Positions 48,583-59,496 of a DNA stretch of 64,000 nt are shown one piece after another. The DNA comes from Rhodosorus marinus CCMP1338. Taxonomy: Eukaryota > Plantae > Rhodophyta. The DNA is taken from assembly GCA_029953675.1 (NCBI GenBank), contig JAMWBK010000007.1, positions 1,736,001-1,800,000 on the forward strand, written 5' to 3'. The notes beneath the pieces are model-generated. The model made no database searches. It saw only the letters and a program-made list of their open reading frames with translations, and had not been told where the DNA came from. The position numbers were made by a program, and so were the translations under genes. Every line of letters starts with the position of its first letter. Position 1 is the first letter of the stretch.

Positions 48583-49278
48583 ATGGACTTTAGATTATGC
48601 TTCGTCGGAGGATCTCGTTGGCTTACCATAGCGAGTCGGGTGAGATGGGTACAATGTAGTCTGTGTTCTGGTTGAGATCTGGGAACTGAATTCTGTTTAT
48701 TGTTTGTTTTTTTTTGTCTTTGGATTATCTTCGTTTGGTGTAGACAAATGGGTCTGTAGCTGGGAGATCAAGGAGAAACGCCAAGTTGGCTCCTGGAAGA
48801 GTGAGATGCAAAGATAGGGTTGAAGTAGGTTTTCACATGTTCTTCCTCCTGGAGTGGTTGACAAGGCACTTTGATCTCCCCACCCTCCTCTCTCCCCCAC
48901 CACCACCCCCCGCCCGGATCTAAGGGCGTGTCTGTTTTCGTGTTTTGGTGGTGGATAACGCAGGAAGAAGCGTCCAAACTTGACGTTGTAGAGAAGGTTT
49001 TTGAAGAAACCAAACAACAACAAGAAGAGGAAGAAGAAGATACGCGCCCTGTTGTAACGGCCACGGACGTCACGCCTACTCAGGAGGCTGAAGATAGAGA
49101 CGATTCTGGTATTAGACTTGCGGTGGCGTTGTTCGGAGGTCTAGTTTCGTTCTACTTTTTCGGAGGAATCGTGAGAACGGTCGACGGCTGGCCGGTTGTA
49201 CCTTGGTTTCTGGAGATTATGGGCTTTGCATTCACGATCTGGGCTGTTCTAGCAGTGTTTATTCCCAAGTTAAGATGA
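48583..49278 (+). CDS. CURT1: CAAD-domain (CURT1/CurT thylakoid curvature) protein; exons 48583-48639, 48744-48824, 48964-49278; 150 aa
   Basis: Transit peptide MDFRLCFVGG..; GGLVSFYFFGGIVRTVDGWPVVPWFLEIMGFAFTIW matches the CAAD two-helix signature (AIDxIPLLPxLLELVGIGYTxW). Confidence 0.7.
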
Positions 49279-49915
49279 ACCTGACGGTTCCGCCTTCATC
49301 GTCACTGGATTTTGGTACAAAAAAGCGCTCCAACGAGGAAGGACAATCTGCTGCTACAAATGACTTGTGTGAGGTTTGGGTTTTCGTCATCTTAATTACG
49401 TATTAAAGAATTAGAGGAGGTAGGCGGGTGAAAACAAAGAAAAACAAGGACAGCTGTGACAACTTCCAAGAGAACGGGCAACGGACAGACTCATTTTATA
49501 CCCTTCTGTTTTGGGGTGTTCCTGGAGAGCATCATCCATCATCGCCCCAAGAGGACCAGCCTCTCGCCAAGTAATTGAGCCTAGCTTTCTGATATCTCTT
49601 ACCTTGAGAGGCTGATCGTACCAATAATGATGAGCTTGAACGTTAAACAGGCCCGTAGGCCTCATTTCAGCTTGGGACAACAACGATTGAGCCCGGTCGA
49701 GGCTCCTCGTCATTGACAAGGCGTCCATCCCGTGGACGTAAAAAATCCAGGCTTGGTTCAAAGGCCCAACTTGCGAGATTCTGTAGGAGCTTCTTGTATC
49801 ATGCACCCGCCCAGCGATGATACCATTCTGCTGGAGCTTTCAAGGTTTTTTTTTCCATTTTGTTTATCTTATCCTTCGGCTTCTTACTCAAACTTCCTTT
49901 TGGTTTTGTTCTTAC

Positions 49916-50550
49916 TTAATCCTCGACTTCTTTCTCAAAGTCCCGAAGCATTTCTGGGGAAACATCGATGGGAACGGCCAGAGCCTTACCCACTCTAGGC
50001 TTCTCTCGAGTCTCCCGTACGTACTTTATGAAGTATTCCACGCTGTTCCACTTCTTCAAGTACTGAGAGATGGCCTCCAGATGGCAAAGGTAATCCTCTT
50101 CTTCTAATGGGAAGCTCTGTTGTTCGAAATATCTGGTTTTGAACGTCGGGAAGAAGACGGTTCGCGCGTGAGCAGGCTGGCCGAGGGAAGAGAATAAAAT
50201 CCTCTTTCGGGAAACGGAGGGGAATGTTTGGTTACGTACTTCCACATGATATTGACCGTAATAAGTGACTTCCCATTGAACCATGGCGTGGCCTTGAGCT
50301 GAATATCATAGCACCTTCCATACTTCTCTAACAACAAGTCTCGAAGCTTATACCCGTCGAACTCCTTCTCATGCTTCTCCTCCCTCGAAAACTGGTCAGT
50401 CAGCCGTAACCTCGCCGCCTCTACCTCATCATCAGGCGACCTTGGAAACTTGAATTTACCAACACCACCAGCTCGACATACGACTTCCCTACCCCTCCTC
50501 ACATCACTCCTACTACCACTGCCAATCCCAATCGCAAACCCCGCCACCAT
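49916..50550 (-). CDS. DUF3067 family plastid protein; exons 50550-50240, 50132-49916; 175 aa
   Basis: LRDLLLEKYGRCYDIQL, IMWKYFEQQSFPLEEEDYLCHLEAI, EKPRVGKALAVPID. Confidence 0.85.
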
Positions 50551-52342
50551 CCTAAAACAAAAAGACAATCAAATCCGAACTAACTCAATCTTAAGTACGT
50601 CGGAGAGTTCCTAAACCTTGTCACTGGCTACGTTCCTCTTCCAGCCAACAGCCCAAAGACAAAGTTCCAACCACGTCCACAACAGTTACCACCAGACCAA
50701 ATTCAATATATACACCACACTATCCTAACAACATATCCTCAGTGGGCGAGAGAAGCTACTACCTCACAAAGTGCTCTTAGCGATGATCTGTGTGGCTCCT
50801 CTCGGAGCCACAGTACTGAAAGTGTTATGATCTATGTAGACTCTTAGTCTGATAATGGCAATGGATGCCCAAGTTGAGCTGGTTTAGTTTTCATCTCCCC
50901 GCCTCTCTCCCCCCCGGCCCCCGGGACGAAGAGGTAAAAGTCAGTTGGGGAGCTTACTAAGCACGTCCGACCTAACGGGATTTGGGAATTTTTTTTGTTA
51001 GAGCTCAGCGGGCGGATGCCTGGCGCTGGCTTGGGGATGGGGTTTTTCATGATCGTGATGAGAAGAGCTTTATTCTGTGGTGTTCTAATACGACCCGATA
51101 ATCTTAGAGTCGGGTTCTCTCGTGGGTTTAGCCTAGCCTTGTTCCTCTCTTGGGTGGGTGGGTCTCTGAACAACACGCTGGTCTGTGCTCTAGGTGCTCT
51201 AGGTGGACTTCTTTGTTGGTACCGGAGTCGGACTGGACTCCTCGTCTTCCTCAACGGAGGAAAACCCAAAAAATGGAAAAAAATAGTCAGAGAATCTCGT
51301 CCATCTAAATATCCACATAGGGATATTTTTTTAACTATTTCATATTAAATCACCAATCATTAGATTCATAAGTTTTCATACAGACTTAACGATAATTTAG
51401 TTTATATATTACGTATTCATATACTATATTTTGTATTAATTTAACACTACGCGTGTAATATTTTTTTCATATATATATATTATTTGTATGAACAAATATT
51501 AGGAGGCAATCGAAATAATTTCTATTAATTATATTATTTTTAGTTTATTATGAAAACAAATATGACCATACTCAAAAATATTTTTAATTTTAATTTTGTG
51601 TTCTTGAAATTTGGGAATTAATTGTGATTTGTCTTTGGCTGTCGGAAATTTGGGCAGTTTCGCGATGGAGAGATTGTTGAGGATTGGGTTCCTGGAATAG
51701 CTTTACTGCTATAAGAAAGGAGAAGACACTATGTCTTCATTGTACATCTGTGCAGTTGTTGATATTGGATTAGACTTTGGAGGGACCTGTTCGCACCCAA
51801 CCTTTGGGCCTCTACCTGCGGACAAGCTTTTTTTGATAAGCAGGAGCACAAGACGCCTTTCCCACGGCCGCTGGTAAGAAGGATTTTCCCTTAGCGTGGT
51901 TGTATCCAAGATGGGAGAGCCCCAGGGAGTGCACGGACATGAGTAGAATTTGACACCAGAAGCTCTTGCTCGTTTGCTTGTAAGGACTTCGAGCGCTACG
52001 GAGTGCGAGCGGATTGAGTCATGACCTTTTTGTAGAGCCTGCTTTTCCAAAAATCTTCATGCACAGATGTACTTGGATGCTCACACGGTTAGTTCTCGCG
52101 CGAGCCCCAAAGGTTGCTAGTTCGAAGCGCGGAAAACTACATGTCATAAACGTAAATTTTGTTTCAAGCTGAAGATGCGCTTGGTCTTGGCACGCCTTCA
52201 TGTCAGTATCACGCCGTTCCACTGTCAGCGGAGTTTTCGTTTTTTAAACGTGCTCTGGCTGAATGATGTCCACGAAGGCTTGCGTTTCAACGAACTACCC
52301 GATAGAACACCACAGATCGATTTGCGCGTTTTGGGAGTTACG

Positions 52343-52836
52343 TTAATCTGATTTCGATGCTTTCGCGAGCTCCGTCATGAACCTGCGGAGAACAAAGTCG
52401 GTCGACAAAAAAGAGCAGCATTAATCAGGCGCTTCAAGTTTGGTTCGGAGATGTTTTCGAAGGAGGTCGGCTCGCTTTAGATATGCGCGCTCACCAGAAG
52501 TAGCTTCCTGTGAGGCCAACAGATAGTAGGAACATAATCGCCGAGTGAGGAGAGTTGATTCCTGCAACTGCCATTCCGAGCAAAACGACGTTAAGCGCGA
52601 CAAGAATCAGCCGCAAAAGCCTGCGTCAATACGAATCGCGATGAATTCATCAAGGCAAAAGTAGAACAGAAGCAGACTGTGAGATTCAGGAATCGAATCA
52701 AAGGTAGAGACCCACCCGCCAGGGCGAAAACCCACGTATGAGTTCCGGAGCCAACTCCGGGAGAAAACAGTCCGTTCATGAACCCAGGGTCACCATTTTC
52801 GACTTGGTCTCCGCTAAAGTTTTGGCCTTCATCCAT
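52343..52836 (-). CDS. PKR1: Pkr1-like ER V-ATPase assembly factor (two TM helices); exons 52836-52736, 52620-52495, 52382-52343; 88 aa
   Basis: Spliced product ..MNGLFSPGVGSGTHTLLRLILVALNVVLLGMAVAGINSPHSAIMFLLSVGLTGSYFWFMTELAKASKSD resembles the Pkr1 pattern (SIFTPG..H..LSxGLWxSINWFxxEL). Both GT-AG introns restore the frame. Confidence 0.65.
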
Positions 52837-53297
52837 GATGGAGATTCTCAAGCTTGAAAACTTCTTCGCTTAGTGCTTTAAGCTGTTAGCCTCAATCAGT
52901 CCGCAGCAGACACCACCATGAACATATGTATAAGTGCCGTCCCTGTTGACAGCACGCCCAACGTCGAGGGTTGAGTTGAGTGGTAAGCCTGTGGATGGGT
53001 ACAGACAGCGCTCGGGGCAGCGCTGAAGCTGATTTGAGCGGCTGGGGTATTGAGGATACTGAAAGTGCTCAGGCATCAATACAGTGGGTAGCCCTGTCAA
53101 AACCTGGAGCCGCTGGGGCCTGGAGACTTGACATCTACCCTGTTGCAGTACGGGTTTTCGTTGACGTTCCTAGGGAAATATCTCGTGTTGGTCGAACGAA
53201 GCGTCCAATGCGTGTGAGAACGTCCTTCTGTAGTCGAGTCCTAGATTCGTCTCATTGGAAGCCTTGTTTCTGTAATTGATACTCGCTTGTTCTTTCT

Positions 53298-56200
53298 TTA
53301 TTCGATCTTGAGCATCTTCTTGAGCTTGATCACGCATATCCAATCTTCTTTGGCGAGGTCGTCCCTGAAATGCTCACGGAGCAGGTCGATGGAGTGCCTG
53401 CTCATCTTGCTCACGATTTCGCTGGTGTGGTCAAAGTGCCTTCCGTACATTACGTTGACGGTACCTGGGCTCTGGATCTTAATAGCAACTGATTCTCCCT
53501 TGTGGGCGGTATTCACCGCCTTCTTGTTCAGCTCAATCGACTGGACAGTACCGATATCAATCCATTCGTCGTCCTTCACCTTCGCCAGCAAGGGAGTGTT
53601 ATTCTTCAAAAAGCCCTCAAGAACCTGAACAAACGAACTCTGGTATTCAGATTCTCAAATAGAGCAAGGAAGCCGCCCACCTTGCTAGGGTCCATACCTC
53701 CACGCCAACAACGATGGGGTCCTTCTTGTTGAACACAAAATGGGGAAAGATCTTTAGCCTGCACGGAAACACGACGTCCACAGACGCAGCCTCACGCCTA
53801 GATTTCTTGATTCCTTCCATGTAGGCGGTGAATTGGTCGAAAAGATGATAGATAATATCCGCTGTGAAAATGCGCACGCCTACTTCCTGTGCATAGTCTC
53901 GCGCGTCGCTTTCCACTTTGACGTCGAAAGCCATAATGCATGCGTATTCCCGCTTCTTCTCCAGCATGGTTGAGCACCTAACCACGTCCTTCCTGTACAC
54001 TGGTCCAATGTTTATGCCTGAAACCGGAATCTAGTCGAAGGTTGAACACAAAAGCCCAGCGAAGGTCAACAATCTTTGGGCGGCCTGAAACAAGCTAAAG
54101 GAGGAAAACAGACACTTAGCAAACTCACATTCGACGTCCGCAAGAACTCTAAGAGGGCCTCTAAGGATCCGAGTGTTGATGCCTGTACATATACACCAAC
54201 GCCGCTGCGGTCCACCGATCGAAGAATTCCCGAAAAGTCCTTCATGACCTCTTCCTTGAGGAATTCTATCTCATCTGCGGTACCCTCCTCAGCAACGAGG
54301 AGTTGAGTACCTGCCACTGACTTTTCGAGACCCTCTCCAGCAATCTTTACACCCTGTGCAGCAAAGATTTCCTTATGATGAAGGTACTGGCCCTTGACTC
54401 GAAGTTCACGCATCGGGTGCGGTGTCAGGAGGGCACGAACAGTGGTCACAATCGGTGCATCCAGACCACAGACGACAATCGTATCTCCTTCCTTCAGCTT
54501 GCCGCCCGTCAGCACAACGTCAATCGTCGTTCCAAAGCCCTCAATAACCTTCACTTCGAGGACAGTACACTCAAGCACATCCGAATATATCAACCTGTTC
54601 GGAGTGACGACGGGTAGGTTACGTGCTTAGTAAAAGCTCTACATTGGGTGGGAGGAGCATTTCCTCGGCGCACCTCTCCTTCAACAGACTCTGAGACAGA
54701 TTAACCAGCATCATCAGCAGGTCCGGAATTCCCTCGCCGCTGATTGCTGAAGTGGGAACAAAAGAGATGTACGACCTCGGGTCGGGGTTCTCCCAGTACA
54801 ATGCAGCGTTAAAGCCCTGTTCTGCGAAAAGCACTTTCGTGTCGTCAAGGCGCCGGTGGAACTCCTCGACGACAAAGTCGGGCTGCTTCTTCAGGGAATC
54901 TCTCGTTGGTGTATTCGTGCAAGGTACCCAGCCGTACATTCGATCCACCTGGAACACAATTGAAAAAGGCGCAAGCTGCCCGGCTCAGCACGTGGTTCGG
55001 GGTTAGATTCTCCTCGCGGGGCACCACCAACCTTGTTGAGCGCCACAATGAACGGTGTCTTTCGCTGTCTCAGAAGTTGAATGCTCTCCAACGTCTGCGG
55101 TTCGAGACCGTGCATGATATCCACGACCAGAATTGCTAAATCACAAAGGCCGGAGCCTCGGGAGCGCAGGTTCGTGAAAGACTCATGCCCAGGAGTATCA
55201 ATAATAAGAAGTGCCGGTAGCCTGTACTGCATCTTGACCTCTTTCACCTTGCTCACTTCCTTTCTTACAGCTTCCATGGGGAAGAATGTTGCTCCTATTT
55301 GCTGGGTAATACCTCCGGCTTCCCCGTTCTGACACATTCCCGAAACATAGCAGCAGAGTGGAGAAAAAGTTCAAAAGACAAGCCCTTCAACGTGAGCAGA
55401 TCTTTGACAGCATCGTTGTTTACCTGCACATTTGTCCTTCTGATTTTGTCCAGAATTTTTGTCTTTCCGGTGTCTACGTGCCCAAGGATACAAATGATTG
55501 GGGAACGCAGCCTCTCCGGATCTCGCTTTGCCAACAGTTCCCGCTGACGCTGCAACCTGCGCTTCTTCGCCACTAAGAGCTTCTTGTTCGCTTCAGCCCT
55601 ATGCGGAGCGAGACACAGTGCATTTGAACGTGTTAAAAATATGAGATAAAGGCACCTCGAAATGAACGCAAACAATACGGGACTGACCCCGATCAGCCGC
55701 GCTTCTTCTTTGGTTCCATACCGTCGCTTTCTGGCTGCTGGGTCATCATCATCGGAATCAGAATACTCCTCGTCAGAGTCAGAGTAATCGTCGTCATCCT
55801 CCTCGCTACCCTCCTCTTCGTCATCCTCGTCTTCAGCCTCCTCCTCCTCCTCACTGTTCGGCTCTGCCTCTGCTCGATGAGCTTCGCTTCCGTTTACAAG
55901 AGCATCCTTGGTCTCTGCAGTCTCATCGTTAACCTCCGATGGTTGCTTGGAGCTCTCCTCCGCTTCCAACGAGTCCTCCCAGGTCACCGCAACAGGTTCG
56001 GCGGTTTCCAACGCGTCCTCCCATGTTTCAGCGACGGGATCGCTTTGCTCAGTTGCTTCCTTCGGTGGCTCTATGTTTGGTGATCTGTCTTGTGTTGCAA
56101 TCTTCACGTCGCGACTCGCCTGCGGTATGGGTTCTTCTTTGGTGATTTCCTTTGTCGCCGATTCCGCCACTGGGCTAGCTACCTTACTCTTGTTGCTCTG

Positions 56201-58165
56201 TTTCTGCTGTCGCCGCTTCTTGCTGTCATATACCACCTTTTTCTTTTTTCCGTCGGTTGAAGTCTCCGAGGCGGCGGCAGCGGGTATCTAAAACCGCGAG
56301 AGAACAAGCGTGAGGTTGTGAACTCAAAATGTATATGACCGTACCCAGCAAATCTCTGGTTCATGTAACTGGCAATCTCGACATGCATCTTGTTCCGCCC
56401 CAACTGGGCTTGAGCGTAATTCGTATTTCTTACCATGCCTGAAGCTATTAGCTGCTCTCTGTACTGGTCTGCCTTCTTCTTACGTTCTAGTTCCTTTTTG
56501 GACAAAAGCAATCCTTGCTTTCTCAACTCCTCCTTCTTTAGCCGCTGTTTTTCTCTCTGCTCCTGTCTCTTTTGCCCCTTAACCTGTGCCTCCTCTTCCT
56601 CCCTGCGCAGCTGTTCTTCTAGATCACGTTGCTATAGGGGTGCGGGTTCGGGGCGTGAAACGGCTTCTGTTAGTAACTTGTGGTGCTTCAGGAATCACGG
56701 TGTGGCGGTACCACTATGAACCACAATTTAAAAATACCTTTTCCGCCGCTTCTTGTTCGGCTCTCTCCTGCTCCATGCGCTGCTTCTCCACGGCCTCTTT
56801 CATACGCTTGACTGCAGCCGACTCCTTCTTGCCCATCTTTCCAGGCGCCGCTGCCGGTTCTTTAGCAGTTTCTACCTTTTTCACCTTTGCTCGCTCTTTC
56901 TTCTTGAGCTTCTTCTTTTGCGCTGCAGTAAGTTTGACTTCCTTCTCGGGCTCGTCTTCTTCTCCCTCCCCTTGGATAGCACTCTGAGCAGCATCCGATG
57001 GCACGTCCTTTGTCTCTTCGGTTACAACATCCTTGCGAACATCCGGAGCTGCAGCTACCTCTGCGCCGGCATCGGCAACGGGGGTCTCTGACTCAGGCTT
57101 TGAATCATAGACACTGGTACTAGTAATCACTACTTCTTTTGCTCCCTCAATCTCGGCCATTAGAGCCTCAATTTCCTCCTCTTCCTTGGCCTTTTTCTTC
57201 TTCTTCTTGTCCTTCTTGCTCTTAGAAGCCGAGGGCTTGGGAACTGCCTCGAGCTCGGCCAGGATGGCGTCAATGTCTTCCTCCTTTTGTTTTTTGTCGT
57301 CCTTGCGTTTCTGGGCTTCAATGGCCGCCTTCCCTCTCGCACGAGAGACGTCATTCATTTCAGCATCCTCCGTGGTAACCGAGCTAGTTGCTGCCGCTGG
57401 CTTCTTGCTGGCAGCCTTGCCCTTCTTCTTGTTTGCAGCCGCGGCTGGTACTACGGGAGCATCCACAACGGGTTTCACGGCTTTTTTCACTGGCGCTGTC
57501 GCTTTGGCCTTCGCAGCAATCGCTCCGGGAATAATCGGCGCGTCATCATCGGAGTCATCATCAGATTCGTCTGCGACCTGTAGACCCGCGAAACCGGCGC
57601 CTTTCTTGACACCAAAATCAACGACCGGTGCTTCATCATCGTCCGAATCGTCATCGTCTTCGTCATCATCAATAGTCAGCCCAGCAAAGCCAGCGCCTCC
57701 TCCTTGGGTCTGAGCCTTGCCTTTCTTGATCCCAAAGTCAACTATGGCGACGTCATCATCATCAGACGACTCCTCGTCATCTTCATCATCAACTGCGAGC
57801 CCTGCAAACCCGGAACCGGCTTTCTTCGCCCCGAACTCAACAGCGGGAGCTCCGTCATCAGACTCTTCATCATCGTCATCATCCAGATCCGCGAGAGCCG
57901 CAAAGCTTCCTCCTTTCCCACCGTCGCCTAAGGCACCCGCCGTAGCCCCCTCGTCCTCATCGTCTTCCTCAAACTCGAACGCCACCGCAGACTTCTTCGC
58001 CTTCTTCTTCGCTGACTTCTTCGACGCCATCCCAATCACAACCGGATCCTCCTCAAACTCACCCTCTTCGCCCAACCCCTTCCCAACCCCACCCAAATCA
58101 TCATCATGAGGATCCTCCTCAACCTTCGAAGCCTTCTTCCCCTTACCAGCTTTCTTCTTACCCAT
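53298..58165 (-). CDS. EIF5B: Eukaryotic translation initiation factor 5B (multi-exon)
   Basis: [68 protein letters not shown]; long K/E/D-rich N-terminus. Confidence 0.95.
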
Positions 58166-58412
58166 ACTTTCCAAAAACCAAAAGAACTCTACGAAGCACT
58201 TCAGCACTTCCACAGAAGCAAATCGTCCCAAACTCAGCTAACAATCCCCTCATCAGCACATCTCCCACACACCTCCCGACCGTCTCCCCATAACTCCACT
58301 CATAAATATCCTTCCCGAGTCTGAAACATTAGAGGCAGTCATCCCTCAAGAAAGAAAACTCCATGAAAAATGGAAAAAACCACATTTCCTCCCACCGGGC
58401 CAAGCTTCCCAC

Positions 58413-58483
58413 GGCCGATGATACACAGGCTTCGTGCGACAGCCAACGCTACTTTTGGGCGAAATGTGAATAGCCGATGATAC
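58413..58483 (+). promoter_or_regulatory. Two copies of the motif GCCGATGATAC in the eIF5B / GNAT-like divergent promoter
   Basis: ggccgatgatac at 58413-58424 and gccgatgatac at 58473-58483. Confidence 0.55.
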
Positions 58484-58853
58484 TTTTTTGGGCTCTCGGG
58501 CCAAAGTTATAAACGACCGATGTTCCTGTTGGGGAGGGGGATTGTAAAGGGGAAGGAGGGAGGAAGGAGGGGGAGGTTCCAGTATGGGAGGAGAAGGGAG
58601 ACTTTCCTGAAGTAGTTTTTATATGAGAAGCAAGCCTTGAAAAAACTGTTTTTTAATGGAACAATTGGAAGACAGGATCAGGGATTGGGTTTGTCTAACA
58701 TGCCTGCTTGAGATTGAGTCAGTTCAAACTGTCTGTTGTAAATCTGACTGTCGTTGTTGGTGAGCTTACCTGGAAGCCATTGGCTGGATGTAAGTGCAAC
58801 GGAGCTTTGAAGTAGCTTTCGCGGTGGTTTTCTTTTTTTTTTTGGATGAGAAG

Positions 58854-59435
58854 ATGTCTTCTGGTTTTGTGTTTGTTGGAGGAAATGCTTCAACAAAGCG
58901 GTTGATAAGGGTATGTAGGGCTTCAGCTTCTGAAGAGCTTACCTTTGAGGATCTTGAGGGTGCAGCTGCTCGTCGGGGCTTTCGAATTTCCGATCGCTCA
59001 GCTGGACCGTTGTTGGCCTTTGATGCGTTCGCGGAGGATAAGAGGATCGGCTTCTCAACGGGCTACGTTGTGCCTGGACTTAAGCGTTTGCACATAGAGG
59101 GCATGAAGGTCGGGCAAAACGCTTCGAAAGGTGGATCACTGCTGGATGCCAACGCCGCAAAGATTCTGGTGCTATGTCTTATTGTTCGAGCTGCTGAGAT
59201 GCAGGCCGCCGATATCTATGGACTTGCCATAAAGGACGAGGAGGAGCAGCATCGTCGTCTTTCGAACTATATACAGCGTATGACAGGTGCCGTGCCAGTT
59301 CGAGAGGTGGGCGGTTCCTTAAAGGATGCACCCGACAGGGTGGTATGGGGTGGAGAAGGCACAATATTCCGAGCTTCTGTTTCCGAGCTTTTGCGAAAAT
59401 GGGCGCCTATAATTCATCGTATGGCCCGTCGTTGA
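58854..59435 (+). CDS. Plastid-targeted GNAT-fold-like protein of a conserved photosynthetic-lineage family; 193 aa
   Basis: MSSGFVFVGG transit peptide; LHIEGMKV, YGLAIKDEEEQHRRLSNY, REVGGSLKDAPDRVVWGGEGT. Confidence 0.65.
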   Translation: MSSGFVFVGGNASTKRLIRVCRASASEELTFEDLEGAAARRGFRISDRSAGPLLAFDAFAEDKRIGFSTGYVVPGLKRLHIEGMKVGQNASKGGSLLDANAAKILVLCLIVRAAEMQAADIYGLAIKDEEEQHRRLSNYIQRMTGAVPVREVGGSLKDAPDRVVWGGEGTIFRASVSELLRKWAPIIHRMARR

Positions 59436-59496
59436 ATGGGCAACTATTGGCTTTTTATGCATTCTACATTACAACACTTGCTCTCTGCCCTGTATG

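Noticed and set aside
57186-58109. Long Ser/Phe-rich plus-strand ORFs (also 26370-28061, 35893-36632, 40039-40527)
   Set aside because: Antisense or alternative-frame shadows of eIF5B, SF3B3, NUP58 and the kinase.
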